This document shows positions 34,069 through 47,376 of a stretch of 64,000 nt of DNA, in pieces (position 1 is the first letter of the stretch; each line of letters starts with the position of its first letter). The DNA is taken from contig NW_021836161.1 in the NCBI RefSeq assembly GCF_006345805.1, positions 1 through 64,000 on the forward strand, in the 5' to 3' direction. A program made the translations under genes and the position numbers. Origin of the DNA: Octopus sinensis (lineage: Eukaryota). A model generated the notes under the pieces. The model did not search any database. It was given only the letters and a program-made list of their open reading frames with translations, and was not told where the DNA came from.

Positions 34069-34285
34069 TTTACTCTTTACTCTTATTTGTTTCAATCATT
34101 TGACTGCGGCCATGCTGGAGCACCGCCTTTAGTTGATCAATCGACCCCGGGACTTCTTTATGCCCCACTCGTTCCCAGTGCTTATTCTATCGGTCTCTTT
34201 TGCCGAACCGCTGAGTGACGGGGACGTAAACACACCAGCATCGGTTGTCAGGCAATGCTAGGGACACACACACACACACACACAC

Positions 34286-34345
<60 letters not shown>

Positions 34346-34501
34346 CGACAGGCTTCTTTCAGTTTCCGTCTACCAAATCCACTCACAAGGCATTGGTCGG
34401 CCCTGGGCTATAGCAGAAGACACTTGCCCAAGATGCCACGCAGTGGGACTGAACCTGTGGTTTGTTAGCAAGCTACTTACCACACAGCGACTCCTGCACC
34501 T
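34069..34501 (-). mobile_element. SINE family A, full length
   Basis: Reverse complement of the family A consensus. Confidence 0.88.
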
Positions 34502-34534
34502 ATTTATTTAAAAGCAGCAGAATATAACAAAAGC

Positions 34535-34570
34535 TGTTACTCAGAGTTTCACCGTCCCGCTCGTCGGACA
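34535..34570 (-). ncRNA. Minimal type I HHR-like motif (U4>C), family F copy 1
   Basis: TGT-CCGACGA-GCGGGACGGT-GAAA-CTCTGAG-TA-ACA on the - strand. Confidence 0.45.
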
Positions 34571-34875
34571 TATACTCTACCACTGGTATTTGAGTACTCT
34601 TTTTTCCACCTTGTTTCTCATTTATGTGCTTCCTCCCGTCTATATATATATATATATATATATAATATAACATATACATATATACGACAGGCTTCTTTCA
34701 GTTGTCCGTCTACCAAATCCACTCACAAGGCATTGGTCGGCCCTGGGCTATAGCAGAAGACACTTGCCCAAGATTGCCACGCAGTGGGACTGAACCTGTG
34801 GTTTGTTAGCAGCTACTTACCACACAGCGACTCCTGCACCTATTTATTTAAAAGCAGCAGGAATATAACAAAAGC

Positions 34876-34911
34876 TGTTACTCAGAGTTTCACGTTCCCG
34901 CTCGTCGGACA
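34876..34911 (-). ncRNA. Minimal type I HHR-like motif (U4>C), family F copy 2
   Basis: TGT-CCGACGA-GCG-GGAA-CGT-GAAA-CTCTGAG-TA-ACA: GNRA-capped helix II, palindromic helix III, GUA site. Confidence 0.5.
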
Positions 34912-34982
34912 TATTACTCTACCACTGGTATTTGAGTACTCTTTTTTCCACCTTGTTTCTCATTTATGTGCTTCCCTCCCGT

Positions 34983-35037
<55 letters not shown>

Positions 35038-35046
<9 letters not shown>

Positions 35047-35522
35047 AAACTGTAGTTGTGTGAGTGTCTGTCCCTTCGATTTAGATTCCTAACTACTCCC
35101 ACATTTTGCGGTGCAGTTTAACCAAATTCGGCTATCTTATAGTCGTGATTCATATCGAGCCCGTCTGAGTATTAGAGCGCGTCTACGATGAGTCTACGAT
35201 TTTAAAAATAATTTAACATTTTTTATTCCATTTTAATGCATAATTTTTCGTGTGTCGATGGCGGCGGAGTTGGCGTCTGTGTTCTCCCCCTTCTTCCCTC
35301 CCTCGTGAAGCTGTGGGGAAAGGAGTGTAAGAAAATCAACGTCGTAAAGCGTTGTCAAGGAGACCAGCGTTCTTTTAGAACAACGACTTCATGGCTTGAA
35401 GACACCAAAACAGAAATGGCTAAGAAAGCCCGAATTGGCATCTATAAGGGAAGTAATTCTCTAAAAATGGTTATATAGTTATTTCCCTTACAAACCCGAG
35501 CAACGCCGGGCGATACTGCTAG
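35038..35522 (+). mobile_element. Non-autonomous Helitron
   Basis: 5' tatataaaactgtagttgtgtgagtgtctgtc; 3' GC hairpin cccgagcaacgccggg about 8 nt before a terminal CTAG followed by T; no TSD. Confidence 0.75.
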
Positions 35523-35559
35523 TATATATATATATAGATAGATAGATATAACACGTGTG

Positions 35560-35770
35560 CGTGTGTGTGTGTGCATGTCTTTGTGTTTGCCTCCACCACT
35601 GCTTGACAACCGTAGTTGGTGCGTTTAGATTTCCGTACCCTAGCGGTTCGGCAAAAAGACCGATAGAATAAGTACTAGACTTAAGAGTTAAGTTCTGATG
35701 TGGGTTTGTTCGACTAAAAGACAGTACCCCAGCAAGGCTGCAGTCAAATAATTGACGCAAGTAACAGATA
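35560..35770 (+). mobile_element. SINE family A 3' half, diverged
   Basis: gcttgacaaccgtagttggtg...tagcggttcggcaaaagaccgatagaataagtactag. Confidence 0.75.
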
Positions 35771-38299
35771 GAAGAAAATATCTATTTTATACGGCATGAG
35801 CCAAAGAAAGAGCCGACTTTTGCTGAAAGTTGTAGTGAGAAGACAACCAAAGTTAAAATAGAAACTGAATCGACAAATAACAAACTTAACGTCTTATTAT
35901 TTATGGCTTAAAAATCTAACAGTTTCAAATTCCGGGCAGGATTGTCAACACAAATCAGGTTTGATTTGTAGTGTCTATCGTAAAACTCCAGTAAAACATG
36001 CCAATATCTCTTTTTGAATGGTCAAGAAACTTCGATGATGTATTTGGAAACGGTCGAGTTCCAAACAAACTGCATGAAAATATAGACACACTGTCGTGTT
36101 TTCAATACAGTATTTGTGCGTGTTTGTGTGTGATAGTATGTGTATGTGTGTCTGTTTTGTGTTTTCGTGTGTGTACGTAAGTATGAGAGCATGGTGTGCG
36201 TTATTAATTTACGATTAGACGAAGAGAGAATGGGTGCGAACTCCAAAAAATAGAAGTCTTCGTCCGTAAAAGTGAAACTTTATCCACTTGGCCAACTGTG
36301 GTTCGCGGCATATGCATTTATTACATTTGTTTCCAAGCCAGCAGACAGAGAACTGACACAATCTTCATAGGTTATTGATGTACAGTTGATTTACAAGTAG
36401 GAGAAACACACAAGAGATGTGTGAGAGAGAGTAGTGAGGGAAGAGAAGAGTAAGGGGTTGAAACAGGATGGAGAGCGATAAGGTTGTGAGAAGAGTCGTT
36501 GAAGGAGGATGGAGTAGGTAAGTGTGGAAGAAGCAGAGGAAAGAAATAACTAATAGTTAAAAGGAAGAAACGGAAAGTAGACAGACAGGATTGAAATAAA
36601 TATAGAAAATAGCAAGAAAAAAAGGGTTGATGTTGTTTGTGTTATTATTGTCGTTGGCATGAATGAAGACAGCGATAAAGGAAAAAGAATGTGCAAAAGA
36701 AAGACGGAGATGCACAAAGAAATAAAGAATGAACGAAGGAAAGAGAGGCAGATTAATTGAAAGAATTAAAGGAAAGGAAAGTGGAAAGAGATTTCAAGAA
36801 AGTGTATGTAGGCTGGCAGGAAGAACGAATATGAGTGAGAGAGAGAGAGAGAGAGGGAGAAAGAAAGAATTAGAGTATGAGAAAGAGGAGAAGGATGAGG
36901 AGCAAGATTGTGTGTAGGAGGGGGAAATACTTGGTAGATGTAGAAGGGTTGAGACGAGGGGATGCGAAGAATTTCGGAAATAAATCGAATTGTAAAGAAG
37001 AATAAACAGTTGTTAATAATAATAATAATCATAATAATAATAATAAAAACAACAAGGGTGATAGCAATATTGCTATTGATAATAAGAATACAAGAGAAGG
37101 AAAAAAAGCCGATCTAAAGCGAAGAAACGAAGAACTTAAGAAGGAAAGGATAGACTTGGCGTAGTTGGCGGTAAAAAGGAGATTAAATACAAAGAAGAAA
37201 ATTACTACAAACAAATCAAAATATAGAAGGAAAAATAAATCAAAGAACGAACAAACAAACAAGCAAAAGTAAGAAGCAAATCGCCAAACACACAAGAATA
37301 CAAGAATACAAAAGAAAAACAAAAAAACTAAAAATTCAAATCCAAAATGTCGTTTTGTACATTACGAGTTTTCCAGCCCTGAAGATGGTTTCTGTGTTAT
37401 ATTATTATTATACGGTTGATTTGTTCGGTGAATGTGTAGAATGGAAACATTCCGCCTTCTAAAAATAGCAAATTGATCTCGTTATCATTAACATTTTAAA
37501 TGGAAAAAGATTTGTCTATTATCTTTTGGTGAATAATCGAACTTTAACCATGTAAAATTCCACCTTCTCTCCCTCCATTTTGTTATTTTTGTTTTGTTTT
37601 GTTTGTGTCTGTTTTCTGGTTTTCTTCTTTTCTCCCATCGAATCACATTTACTTTTGCTCTCAGAAGTTAGTTTTACATTCTCTGTTACCATTTTTCTGA
37701 TGCTTTTATTTTACAGTATTTTCTTGTAATTCTACGCTTCTTTTTGTTTTTATTTCTATTGATATTGCAGTACATCTGGCTCTTGTTGCTGTTGTTGTTT
37801 TCGTTCCTGTTGCTGCTATTGTTGTTGTAACAGTTATTGAAGTATTTGGTGATTTTGTTTCTTTTATTCATCTTTTTTTTTTTTTTGCAATCTATCGTTT
37901 CTCTTTTATTTTATTTTCCATTATTTTTACAACTGACATGGTTTTACGATGCATTATAATTATTATTACTATTAATATTATTATTATTGATATTATTAGT
38001 ATATACATTATTACTATTATTTACTTTGCTTTCATATTTCCTCTTATTTCACTATTACTACTTTTTCATTCATTTCTCTGCTTCGCCACTAGAATTTTAG
38101 CTCTGTGGTGTCTGTCTACCGAGAAAAAATTTCAAAAAAAACGAAAAGACAATAGATAAATAAATAAAGTATAAAAGAGAGAAAAGAATGAGCGATATAT
38201 GCAAATCTAGTACAGGATCACTCTTTTTCTCTCTGTAACCCTGTCTGTCTATCTGTCTCTCTCCTTCCCTCTCACTCTGTTTGCCTGTCTCTCGCTGCC

Positions 38300-38448
38300 T
38301 TTCCCTGTTTATATATATATATAAAGATAGATATATTGATATACATACAGAGATATATAGATATAAAGATAGATATATTGATATACATACAGAGATATAT
38401 AGATATATAGATAGAGATATATTGATATATATAGATATATATATAGAG

Positions 38449-38487
<39 letters not shown>

Positions 38488-38957
38488 TAGGTATATAGAG
38501 AGAGATAGAGATATATAGAGGATAGAGAGATATAGATATATATATATATATAGATATATATATATTATATATATATTATATATATAGATATATATAGAAT
38601 ATATATAGATATATATAGATATATATAGATATATATATAGATATATATATAGATATATATAGATATATATAGATAATATAGATATATATATAGAGATATA
38701 TATATAGATATAATTAGATAATATAGATATATATATATAGATATATATATAGATATATATAGATATATATATAGATATATATATAGAGATATATAGATAT
38801 ATAGATATATAGATATAGATATATATATATAGGATATATATATATATATAGAGATATATAGATATATATATAGATATATAATATATAGAGATATATAGAT
38901 ATATATAGATATATATATATATAGAAAGATATATAGATATATATATATATAGATATA
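38300..38957. repeat. (TA)/(GATA)-derived low-complexity array
   Basis: Direct inspection (atatagatat units). Confidence 0.95.
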
Positions 38958-39402
38958 GAAACCATCTTCAGGGCTGCAAAACTCGTAATGTGGAAGTTAA
39001 GTGTAAGAAAACAGTTAACGTTCAAATTTAACAGACTGGTAGAAATCACTTATGGGAACTACAGGTATATTGTTGTCAATGTTTACAATGATAAACGCGT
39101 TTCTGAAAGGTGTTAACAGGAGGAATGTGTGAAAAGAGGAGGAAATAAAAGTTCATCGTTACAGAGCGTGCAAAATGTTTTACGTTTATATATGGACATG
39201 ATTTAGGTAGAATATTCTATTCCAAATTAAATTGTTTATTATGTTCCTTTAGAGACCAAATTAATTTACTAAGCCCAGTATTGTTACGTTGATTGATATT
39301 CATCTGTATTTAGATATATATATGTACATATATGTATGCATATGTTTGTGTGCATATATATGTACATGTATACACACAAACACACACACACAACACACAT
39401 AT

Positions 39403-39438
<36 letters not shown>

Positions 39439-39646
39439 ACGGGAAGGTTTACGAAAATAAACAAAGACGAAGGCAGGTGGAGTACAAACAAACAAATGTA
39501 TTAGTATGGCGCTCAGGAATAGAAATTAAAGAAGTATTTTACGTTTCGAGCCTATGCTCTTCGTCAGAAAGATACACAGAAAAAAAAGCAAGGGGAGAAA
39601 CAGGGAGAGAAAAAATGCGTGCAGAAGCTAACGATCTATCATGGCG
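39439..39646 (-). mobile_element. Solo copy of the PLE terminal repeat, containing an HHR-like motif
   Basis: Collinear with 54953-55160; both start acggga right after a TA-rich tract. Confidence 0.8.
39537..39570 (-). ncRNA. Minimal type I HHR-like motif
   Basis: TTT-CTGACGA-A-GAGC-ATAG-GCTC-GAAAC-GTA-AAA; one extra A after the core, zero-loop helix III. Confidence 0.55.
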
Positions 39647-39667
39647 TTCTTATTTATATATATATAT

Positions 39668-39780
39668 ACACGATGGGCTTCCTTCAGTTTCCGTCTATCA
39701 AATCCACTCACAAGCCTTTGGCCCGCCCGGAACCATGTTCCTGAGAAGCACATTTCTTACCATACAGCCATATCTGCGTT
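39668..39780 (-). mobile_element. SINE family A 5' fragment with internal deletion
   Basis: acgatgggcttccttcagtttccgtc...cggaaccatg...cttaccatacagcca. Confidence 0.7.
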
Positions 39781-40442
39781 TATGTAACGAATTTTACTGT
39801 GCTAACAGTAAAATTCGATAAACTCTTTAGCTCTTGGATTAAACAATACAAACAAGGCCATTCTGAAAAGAAAAAAGAACAACAAATATCCAGTGTAATA
39901 AATTGTTATCTGATATCCTCAGTAATTGCCCCGACTTCGCCTTTCGTAAAGGAAAGTAAAGTGTATGTTATAATTAATATGAAACGTAATTCGATACCGC
40001 ATTCAATCGATCAAAATAGTAAATGTGGCATTTCACTCTAAACACTCTTTAGCGATTTATTTAACTATGCACAATAAGCAGTATTACTTCACAGTAAGTT
40101 ATAAGGATGTAAACCTCTCTGCATATATTCTGTCTGCCTGTCTCTGTCTCTCTCTCTCTGAATCTATCTATTTATCTATCGTTATATATACACATATGCA
40201 TGTAAATAATCGTATATTCTGTGCATATATTAAGATGTATGAGAATTGAAATCTTCGGTAAATTTTCTTCTAAATCCTGTGCTGACGAAATGGTAAAAAC
40301 AAAAAACGAAACTTCCTTGTGCAGTGACGTTAAATTAAATATATGAAATACAAATAAATATTTTCACACTTGTGTTTCACATCTTAATGTGTGTGTATGA
40401 ATGTGTGTGTGTGTTGTGTGTGTACATGTGTGTGTGTGTGAT

Positions 40443-40474
<32 letters not shown>

Positions 40475-41295
40475 CCTGATAGACAGAGTGACAGAAATAT
40501 TAGTACTCACCGACTTAAGAACATAAAATGAAATATCAATTTCTGTTGGAACCTAGCTTCAAGCTATAGAGATGTTTTTGCTGTCTTATTTCAATAACTA
40601 ATTCTTAAATGAGGTCTCTTACAGCTATATTCATCTCACTGCAACATATGACAGTATATAATCTTAAGACGTACAAATTTCCAAGCAGGAGTAACTAAAA
40701 CAAAAGGAGACCCCACTCCTAACACTCTTTATGACAGTGCCTATTGGCTGCCTTGTACCTGGTCAATCGTAGCGCTACCAGTTGCACGTAGCTAAGTGCA
40801 ATACGTCACACAGTCGGGCTCACGGCAAATAAATTGACAATTATAGAAAACCCGCTTGGCAACGGGTGTATTTTTTAACAAGCATGCTGGAAAGTAAAAT
40901 ACATCTGAAATGAAGGATAGATTCAAATGTAAAGACGACTCAACAACTGAAACTGAAAGACCTGCAGGCATTATTCAGATATTTGTCAAAGTGAAGGATG
41001 TTCTGATGTAACTCCTACAACTGTGTTTGCATTCAATGATACTGATTGATCGTTGTTCTCGAACAAATGTACATGTTGTTTAGATATTGCGGTTCTGCTT
41101 GCGCAAAAGCCTTTCCTTAATAAAAAAAAAAATTCAACCATTGGTATTGACTTATAAGGTCTCCATTACATATTCCTTGGCCGGTTGTAGTCGAAAAAGT
41201 CAAAACATTACGCAAAACATTCCATGATGGAACGAAGGGTTGTATCATCGTATATGATATTCCTCTGAACGGCAACTGCATATATATTCATATAT

Positions 41296-41425
41296 ACGAC
41301 GAGCTTGTTTCAGTTTCCGTCTTCCAAATCCCCTCACAAGACTTTGGTCGGCCCGAGGCTATAGTAGAAGGCACTTGCCCAAGATTCCACACAGTGGGAC
41401 TGAACCCGGAACCATGTGGTTGGTA
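41296..41425 (-). mobile_element. SINE family A 5' fragment
   Basis: cgacgagcttgtttcagtttccgtc...gaacccggaaccatgtggttggtaa. Confidence 0.8.
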
Positions 41426-43190
41426 ATCGTGTATTTTTTTCTCATCTCTATATAGAGTTCATACACGACAGGGTTTAATCGATGCTGGTTGGCGGTGGGA
41501 GAGGTACGTACACGCACAACCGCACATACACACATACACGCATGCACACACATACACGCATGCACACACACATGCACACACACACATACACGTGTACTCA
41601 CACATAATTATATGTGTACATATGAGTTTATAAATGTATTTATTGAATGTAGAATGGCTACATGAATGAATATAAAAATACTGAAATGCAAATGTAGATA
41701 AAAACGAATAGAAAGAAATGAGACAGACAGACAGACAGAAAATATGGGGACATATTAGAATTAATCTTCCCAAAATTTCAGTTCTATGTATGACCTTTAT
41801 ACCTCATAACAAGATAGCATCCAACAGTCACTCGACCTCCCTTGAACCCTCTTCAGATTACTACATTTTTTTCCATTATCTGTTCGTTGTCCTAAACATG
41901 TATCATATATCACTGATTCTTCCCCTGGTTGCGCATCATATATATTGCTGTCTCATACACATATCATATACCATTGAAGACAGATCTGTTTTCATCATGT
42001 TAATTCCAGAGAATTTAGTTTCAGTATCTCATCTGGTATTCAAATCTTGAGATTTCACCAAGCACATGTTTACTTCTCTACGTTACATCGCTTCCATTAT
42101 TTCATTAATTAAAGAAGCGATTCTTTGATACAAATATCACAGATGTTGACTGTCGATGTCTATGATATGTGAATTGCCAGCTTATTATATTTTCGTTCAG
42201 TTAATTAAGCTTACATAATTAATAGTGAACCGAATTGTATTTGTTCATAAATTAAAATTAATTTCGCAGTAAAAAGAAAATCCATTAGCGTGAATTATGA
42301 TTGTATACAAGAAAATCAAGTTAAAAGAATTACGATATTACATTTGAGTAAAATTTAAATGAAAACATAATGGAGTGTAAGAATTACATTTGGTGTGTAA
42401 TAAGTTAACTGTTGAATGTTTCTGCATTATTAGATCTTCTCAGTACAATATAGAAAGGTACATAATTATCAGAGATTGTCATGATGTTGAAGACACAGTA
42501 TTTGTTCAAAAATTCTCATTTTCGAAAACATGATATCAGAGTATTTCTCAGGGTTGAATTTCTCTTCCAGAATTAAGTTTTCTTTAGGTTTACTTATATA
42601 ATATAATATAATATAATATAATATAATATAAGTCATATTTTTCTTCTAATTTGAACCATCTTTTTCTGTCGAATGATTCATATTTCTAAGAGTAAAACTC
42701 CCAGATAACGGTCATTTACAAAGTGTTAAACCATGTCTCATATATACATCTTACACGTGGGTATGATATATATATATAACATCCCATTTGCAGTCTACAC
42801 AATTGACAGTTGCTGGACTATTCAATGCCTGAGATATTTTCCATAAGCTTGTTATATTGTCCGTATCCGAGAGAAGACAACTCCGCGCAGGAACTTATTG
42901 GGCGATTTTTCATTAATTTGCTGATAATATTGAAAATGACACATTATATAATGAGGACTTTTTTCTGTGGCTTGTAATAAAGACGATAATGGATCGAGTC
43001 ATCATGATTGAACATATTTTTGCTAAAAAATTGCTGTTTGGAGTAGTCACTAATAGCACTAATAGTAGTCACTAATATATATATTATATATATATATATA
43101 TATGTATATACATGTAGATGTAGGTACGTACAATATGTATGTATGTATGCATATATTATATTTATTACACTATTATATATATATATATTA

Positions 43191-43240
<50 letters not shown>

Positions 43241-43317
43241 GTGTAATAAATATAATATATGCATACATACATACATATATGTACGTACCTATATATACAT
43301 GCATACATGAATATATA

Positions 43318-43580
43318 TACGTGAGTACAGGACACCACAAATAGACGCAGAACTCAACAAAAACGTAAAAATAAGCATGGAACGAACCTTTTTTTTACAA
43401 AGAAAAAACAGAGTACTAGACAAACTACACAAGGAAAAATCCCCTTCATCAGCTGTCCCTAGTTCAGCTCCAGCATGTTTCGAATGTGAGGACAGAACAC
43501 GAATCGTCGAACTAGCCCTTCCTGCGAATAAATTAAAGGAAATTACTTCGCAGAGGGGTAAAAACAAGGAAAGAACAAAA
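43318..43580 (-). mobile_element. Repeat family E, copy 2
   Basis: See 25448-25860. Confidence 0.55.
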
Positions 43581-43789
43581 TGATATACCAGTACACAACA
43601 TCGAGAGCTACTCCATTTTTATTGGATTTTCTAATCCCTTGTCCATCTAAAACAGGCCATGAAACATAGTCCTTTCCAGCTCTTGCATTGAAATGTTTCT
43701 CAATATAACTAGCTTGTCAGAGATTGGTACTTTCCTCAATAAGTGTGCTAGATCATCATAAAACTATCCTACACTTTTATGAGAATGCT

Positions 43790-44363
43790 TCATTGTTGTT
43801 GCATAAATACTGACAACAGCAAGAAACCTACCTTTTGTCAGCTTAATACGGCATCACATGATCCGCTTAGATATACCATTTGGAATGTCTCCAATGGAGA
43901 ATACTAATGTATTCTTGAGAGCCAACCCAACACCAGATTCTCTACGCTGACCCTTAGGTAGGCCTCTTCAAAAGATAGTATATCCATAAGTAGGGTCATT
44001 TACTTGACCCTCACCGGAGAGACGAGTTTTAGAGAACACAACTATATCAAGGGAATATTTGTTAAGCTCACATGCAATAAGTGCAGTACGCCTTCCTGAC
44101 CTCTTTTGGGAACTATCATCAAGAAGTATGCTCACATTCAAACAGCCAAAATTCAAAGGATGTTCATTTCTATATTTTCTTGAACATTGTTTGGCCACAG
44201 TGAGAGGATGATGACTGGACTCAGCCTGTGATACACTGGGTCCCCTGCCGAGCCAGACCTGTTCCTCTGATGTTCTCAAGCCTTTTCTGCCGTTTACTGA
44301 ATTTGTTTGAGACGTTTTAGAGTTAGTCACGGGTGCAGTTTTAGGTTTCTGCCAACCAACCAA
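43790..44363 (-). pseudogene. RTE-clade LINE, apurinic endonuclease N-terminal region (decayed)
   Basis: LNFGCLNVSILLDD...RRTALIACELNKYSLDIVVFSKTRLSGEGQV...GYTIF*RG...SGVGLALKN...PNGISKRIM, the standard RTE APE start. Confidence 0.85.
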
Positions 44364-44439
44364 TTCATTGATTTTACTAAGATTTGTTGTAGGGGAAGTA
44401 CATTTGCAGATGAATACTTTCTGTAAATATCTGTAAATT

Positions 44440-44609
44440 TGTATATATTTTTGTATATATTTTGTGTATATATATATGTATATTTTTACATGTAGATTTT
44501 TACTTATATATATATATATATATATATTTATATCTTTTAATTGCTTATCTCTACTTTTATTTTATTTATATATATTATTTATATTCAATTCTTATTCACA
44601 CATCGTACC

Positions 44610-44658
<49 letters not shown>

Positions 44659-45146
44659 ATTTTCACATGTATATTTTTACTTATATATATATATTTTTAT
44701 ATCTTTTAATTGCTTATCTCTACTTTTATTCATATTTATATACATTATTTATATTCAATTCTTATTCACACATCGTACCTTTTTTATTTTTATGTATGTA
44801 TATATATATAATATATATATATATCTATATATATATATATGTGTATGTATGTGTGTATATATAATATGCATATATGTATATATATATATACGTATATTTT
44901 TTACGTTTATACACATTTATATTTATATATATTATTATATTCAATCTTATTCACACATCGTACCTTTTTTATTTTTATATATGTATGTTGTGTGTAGTAT
45001 GTATGTATATATATATTATATATAATATATTACGTTTATACACATATATATATATATATATTACGTTTATACACATATATATATATATTACGTTTATACA
45101 CACATATATATATATATATTACGTTTATACACATATATATATATAA
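44440..45146. repeat. TA-rich minisatellite with 2-3 copies of a ~150-bp unit and ~28-bp ttacgtttatacacat units
   Basis: attcaattcttattcacacatcgtacctttt occurs three times; tattacgtttatacacatatata occurs about 4-5 times. Confidence 0.85.
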
Positions 45147-45428
45147 ATCTTATGCAGCAAAACGCCAACAAGAGCAATAAACAAATGCGTCATCCTCACC
45201 ACAAAGGAGCAATCACATCTAACGATCCAGACGTTAGACATTTAGGCGTAAGAATTTGCTACAATATACATTTCGGGTAGTGATAACTTGTAGACAAGTT
45301 CTTGCCTCATAATTCCCCTGAATTTGGCTTCATTTTACTGACCCGAGCGCTGGACCTCAATGGAGTGTTTTTAATGATGGAGCCGATATATTACTCATGA
45401 AAAAAAGAGGGTATTTAGACTTTCACAT

Positions 45429-45835
45429 GGATCTTTTTGGTTTGGACGGCAGTTTTTTAGAGCGGTGTCATATGAAATTCTCACCCATAATTATGACCCT
45501 AGCATCGATCTATTGCATTTCAATCTCTTTTAGGGTTAGGGGTGGGGGAAGGGTATATTTTTTCTTCACAAATGTAAATAAACCCAATCTGTTTCTTAAA
45601 CGAAGGACATATTCATACGGCACAGAATGTTATTTACATCAATGGACGTCACTGATTGGTTGAAATTGCAGAAATTGAAGAAAAAAAAACAAATATCTTA
45701 CAAATTATAGAATTTTCTCAATAAAGCCAAGAGAAAAATATGTTTTATAAACACATTCTACCAGTATACGATGTTTAAAATTTTTTAGTTACCTAGAAAT
45801 TATGTTACAAACTGCCGTTCAAACCGAAATGATCC
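45429..45835. mobile_element. MITE, ~407 bp, 27-bp terminal inverted repeats
   Basis: ggatctttttggtttggacggcagttt (45429-45455) vs aaactgccgttcaaaccgaaatgatcc (45809-45835). Confidence 0.75.
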
Positions 45836-46323
45836 TTTCACATCCCTACTTTTGCCACCCAAGTATATATAACTAAGTCTACATGGGCGAATGTGATCTT
45901 ATTTTAAGATTCCAGTATAGGATTTGAGACTCGGCTGCTATTTCTAGCAACTCTTATTTGTCCCTATCTTTTCTATTTAGTCATTTTGATAATTATCATT
46001 GGAGCATTCCCAATTCTGATCTGATTTCATTTTCTCTATTATTAATTATTTTTTTTCGATATCCTTTTCATACTAGTTCGCTATATTTATACTTTCTTGT
46101 TTCCGAGTGTGTACGAGTGTTCGCGCACGCGAGAATTTGCGTATATAGTCACACAAAAAATATAAACCCTTGAACTTATCTGTGTGTTTAATTTCAAATG
46201 TGTTTCAGTTTTATGAGAAATCCATTTAAATATAAAAAAAAAAAACTATTTCTGCCACACATTATTGTGTACTGAAGGTAACATTCTCCGGTGCGAATAT
46301 TATTCATACGTTTCTTTATGTAG

Positions 46324-46381
<58 letters not shown>

Positions 46382-47376
46382 ATGCGTGCATCTAGGTATG
46401 TACGTACAAAAGACTTTTTTCAAAAGATTGTAATGGCGAATCTTGCTTTTTCTAGCGGTACATTATCAAATTGCTTCCACTTTATAACCCATGTGTTGAT
46501 GTACAAAGCTGACTGTTCCACTCTATGTAAAGGCATAAAGGAAATTTATGTCAGCTTTTAGGTAATATAGTTTGTATTTTGTTTATAGATTTCCGGTCTT
46601 CCTCCGTATTATTTGTATCTCTTATAATGTTCAGTTTATTACAATAAAGCTGTTGCCTGATGCCAGAAATAAGTGCTAAGGGGTTTATTACCTCCATCTT
46701 GTATCTAGTATATCTAAGTTAGAACACTCCTATTTAGATTCTGATACATAGTTTTTTTTACAACATTAACACTTTCATTTTAGTATGTCGTTTCCAAGTG
46801 TGATATTTCGCTCCTCCACAATATCCTGCAAAACACAATGAGGATTTAGTACACTGCAAGGACAGCTGAGCCCTTTTATTGGATGCATCTTGTATTGAAA
46901 TTTACTAGTTAGTGTTATCCTATTTTCTTGCATTCTGTTCTGTAAAGAATAACTCTTAATTTGGTTTTTCATTTCTGATCGTTTTTATTCATTCATAGAC
47001 ATTTATACGGTTCTTTCCATAATTATTTTCGTACAGTATTGATTTCCCTGGCAGTCTTTAATAACATTACAGTGAGTTCTGTAACACTGACAATATTGTA
47101 TGGAATTTATAATTTCGTGTCATTTGTGTTCTTTTGTATTCCATGAATATCTTCATTTTCCTTTTTCGTAATTATTTCTGCGGGATTCCTCACCACCTTT
47201 ATATATTTCAAGCTGTGAAGAAACAAAGTGGCCAGGAAAATTGCAGCATTTTAAGAGAGTTTAATTACTTCCCTTTAATATTGACTTCTCAACACAGTAA
47301 GATCAAATTTAGCTCCCGTTCTCACCACGATCGGAAAAATTAAGTACTAGATACTAACTGGTTACTAAGTAAGCTA

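Larger units (their letters stand above)
34341..34985. repeat. ~340-bp tandem duplication (SINE A head plus HHR-bearing repeat), possibly an assembly artefact
   Basis: 34341-34640 vs 34680-34985; the differences are almost all 1-nt indels. Confidence 0.85.

Noticed and set aside
34341-34985. ~340-bp tandem duplication as a biological multimer of an HHR element
   Set aside because: The copies differ almost only by 1-nt indels, the signature of unpolished long-read consensus, and the unit includes half of an unrelated SINE. It is likely an artefact or a simple local duplication; raw reads are needed.
40278-40325. CTGACGA...CGAAAC...GTG motif
   Set aside because: No helix II or helix I and a GUG triplet; compatible with chance.
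45530-45546. ttagggttaggg telomere-like motif
   Set aside because: Only two units and they lie inside a MITE; not an interstitial telomere array.
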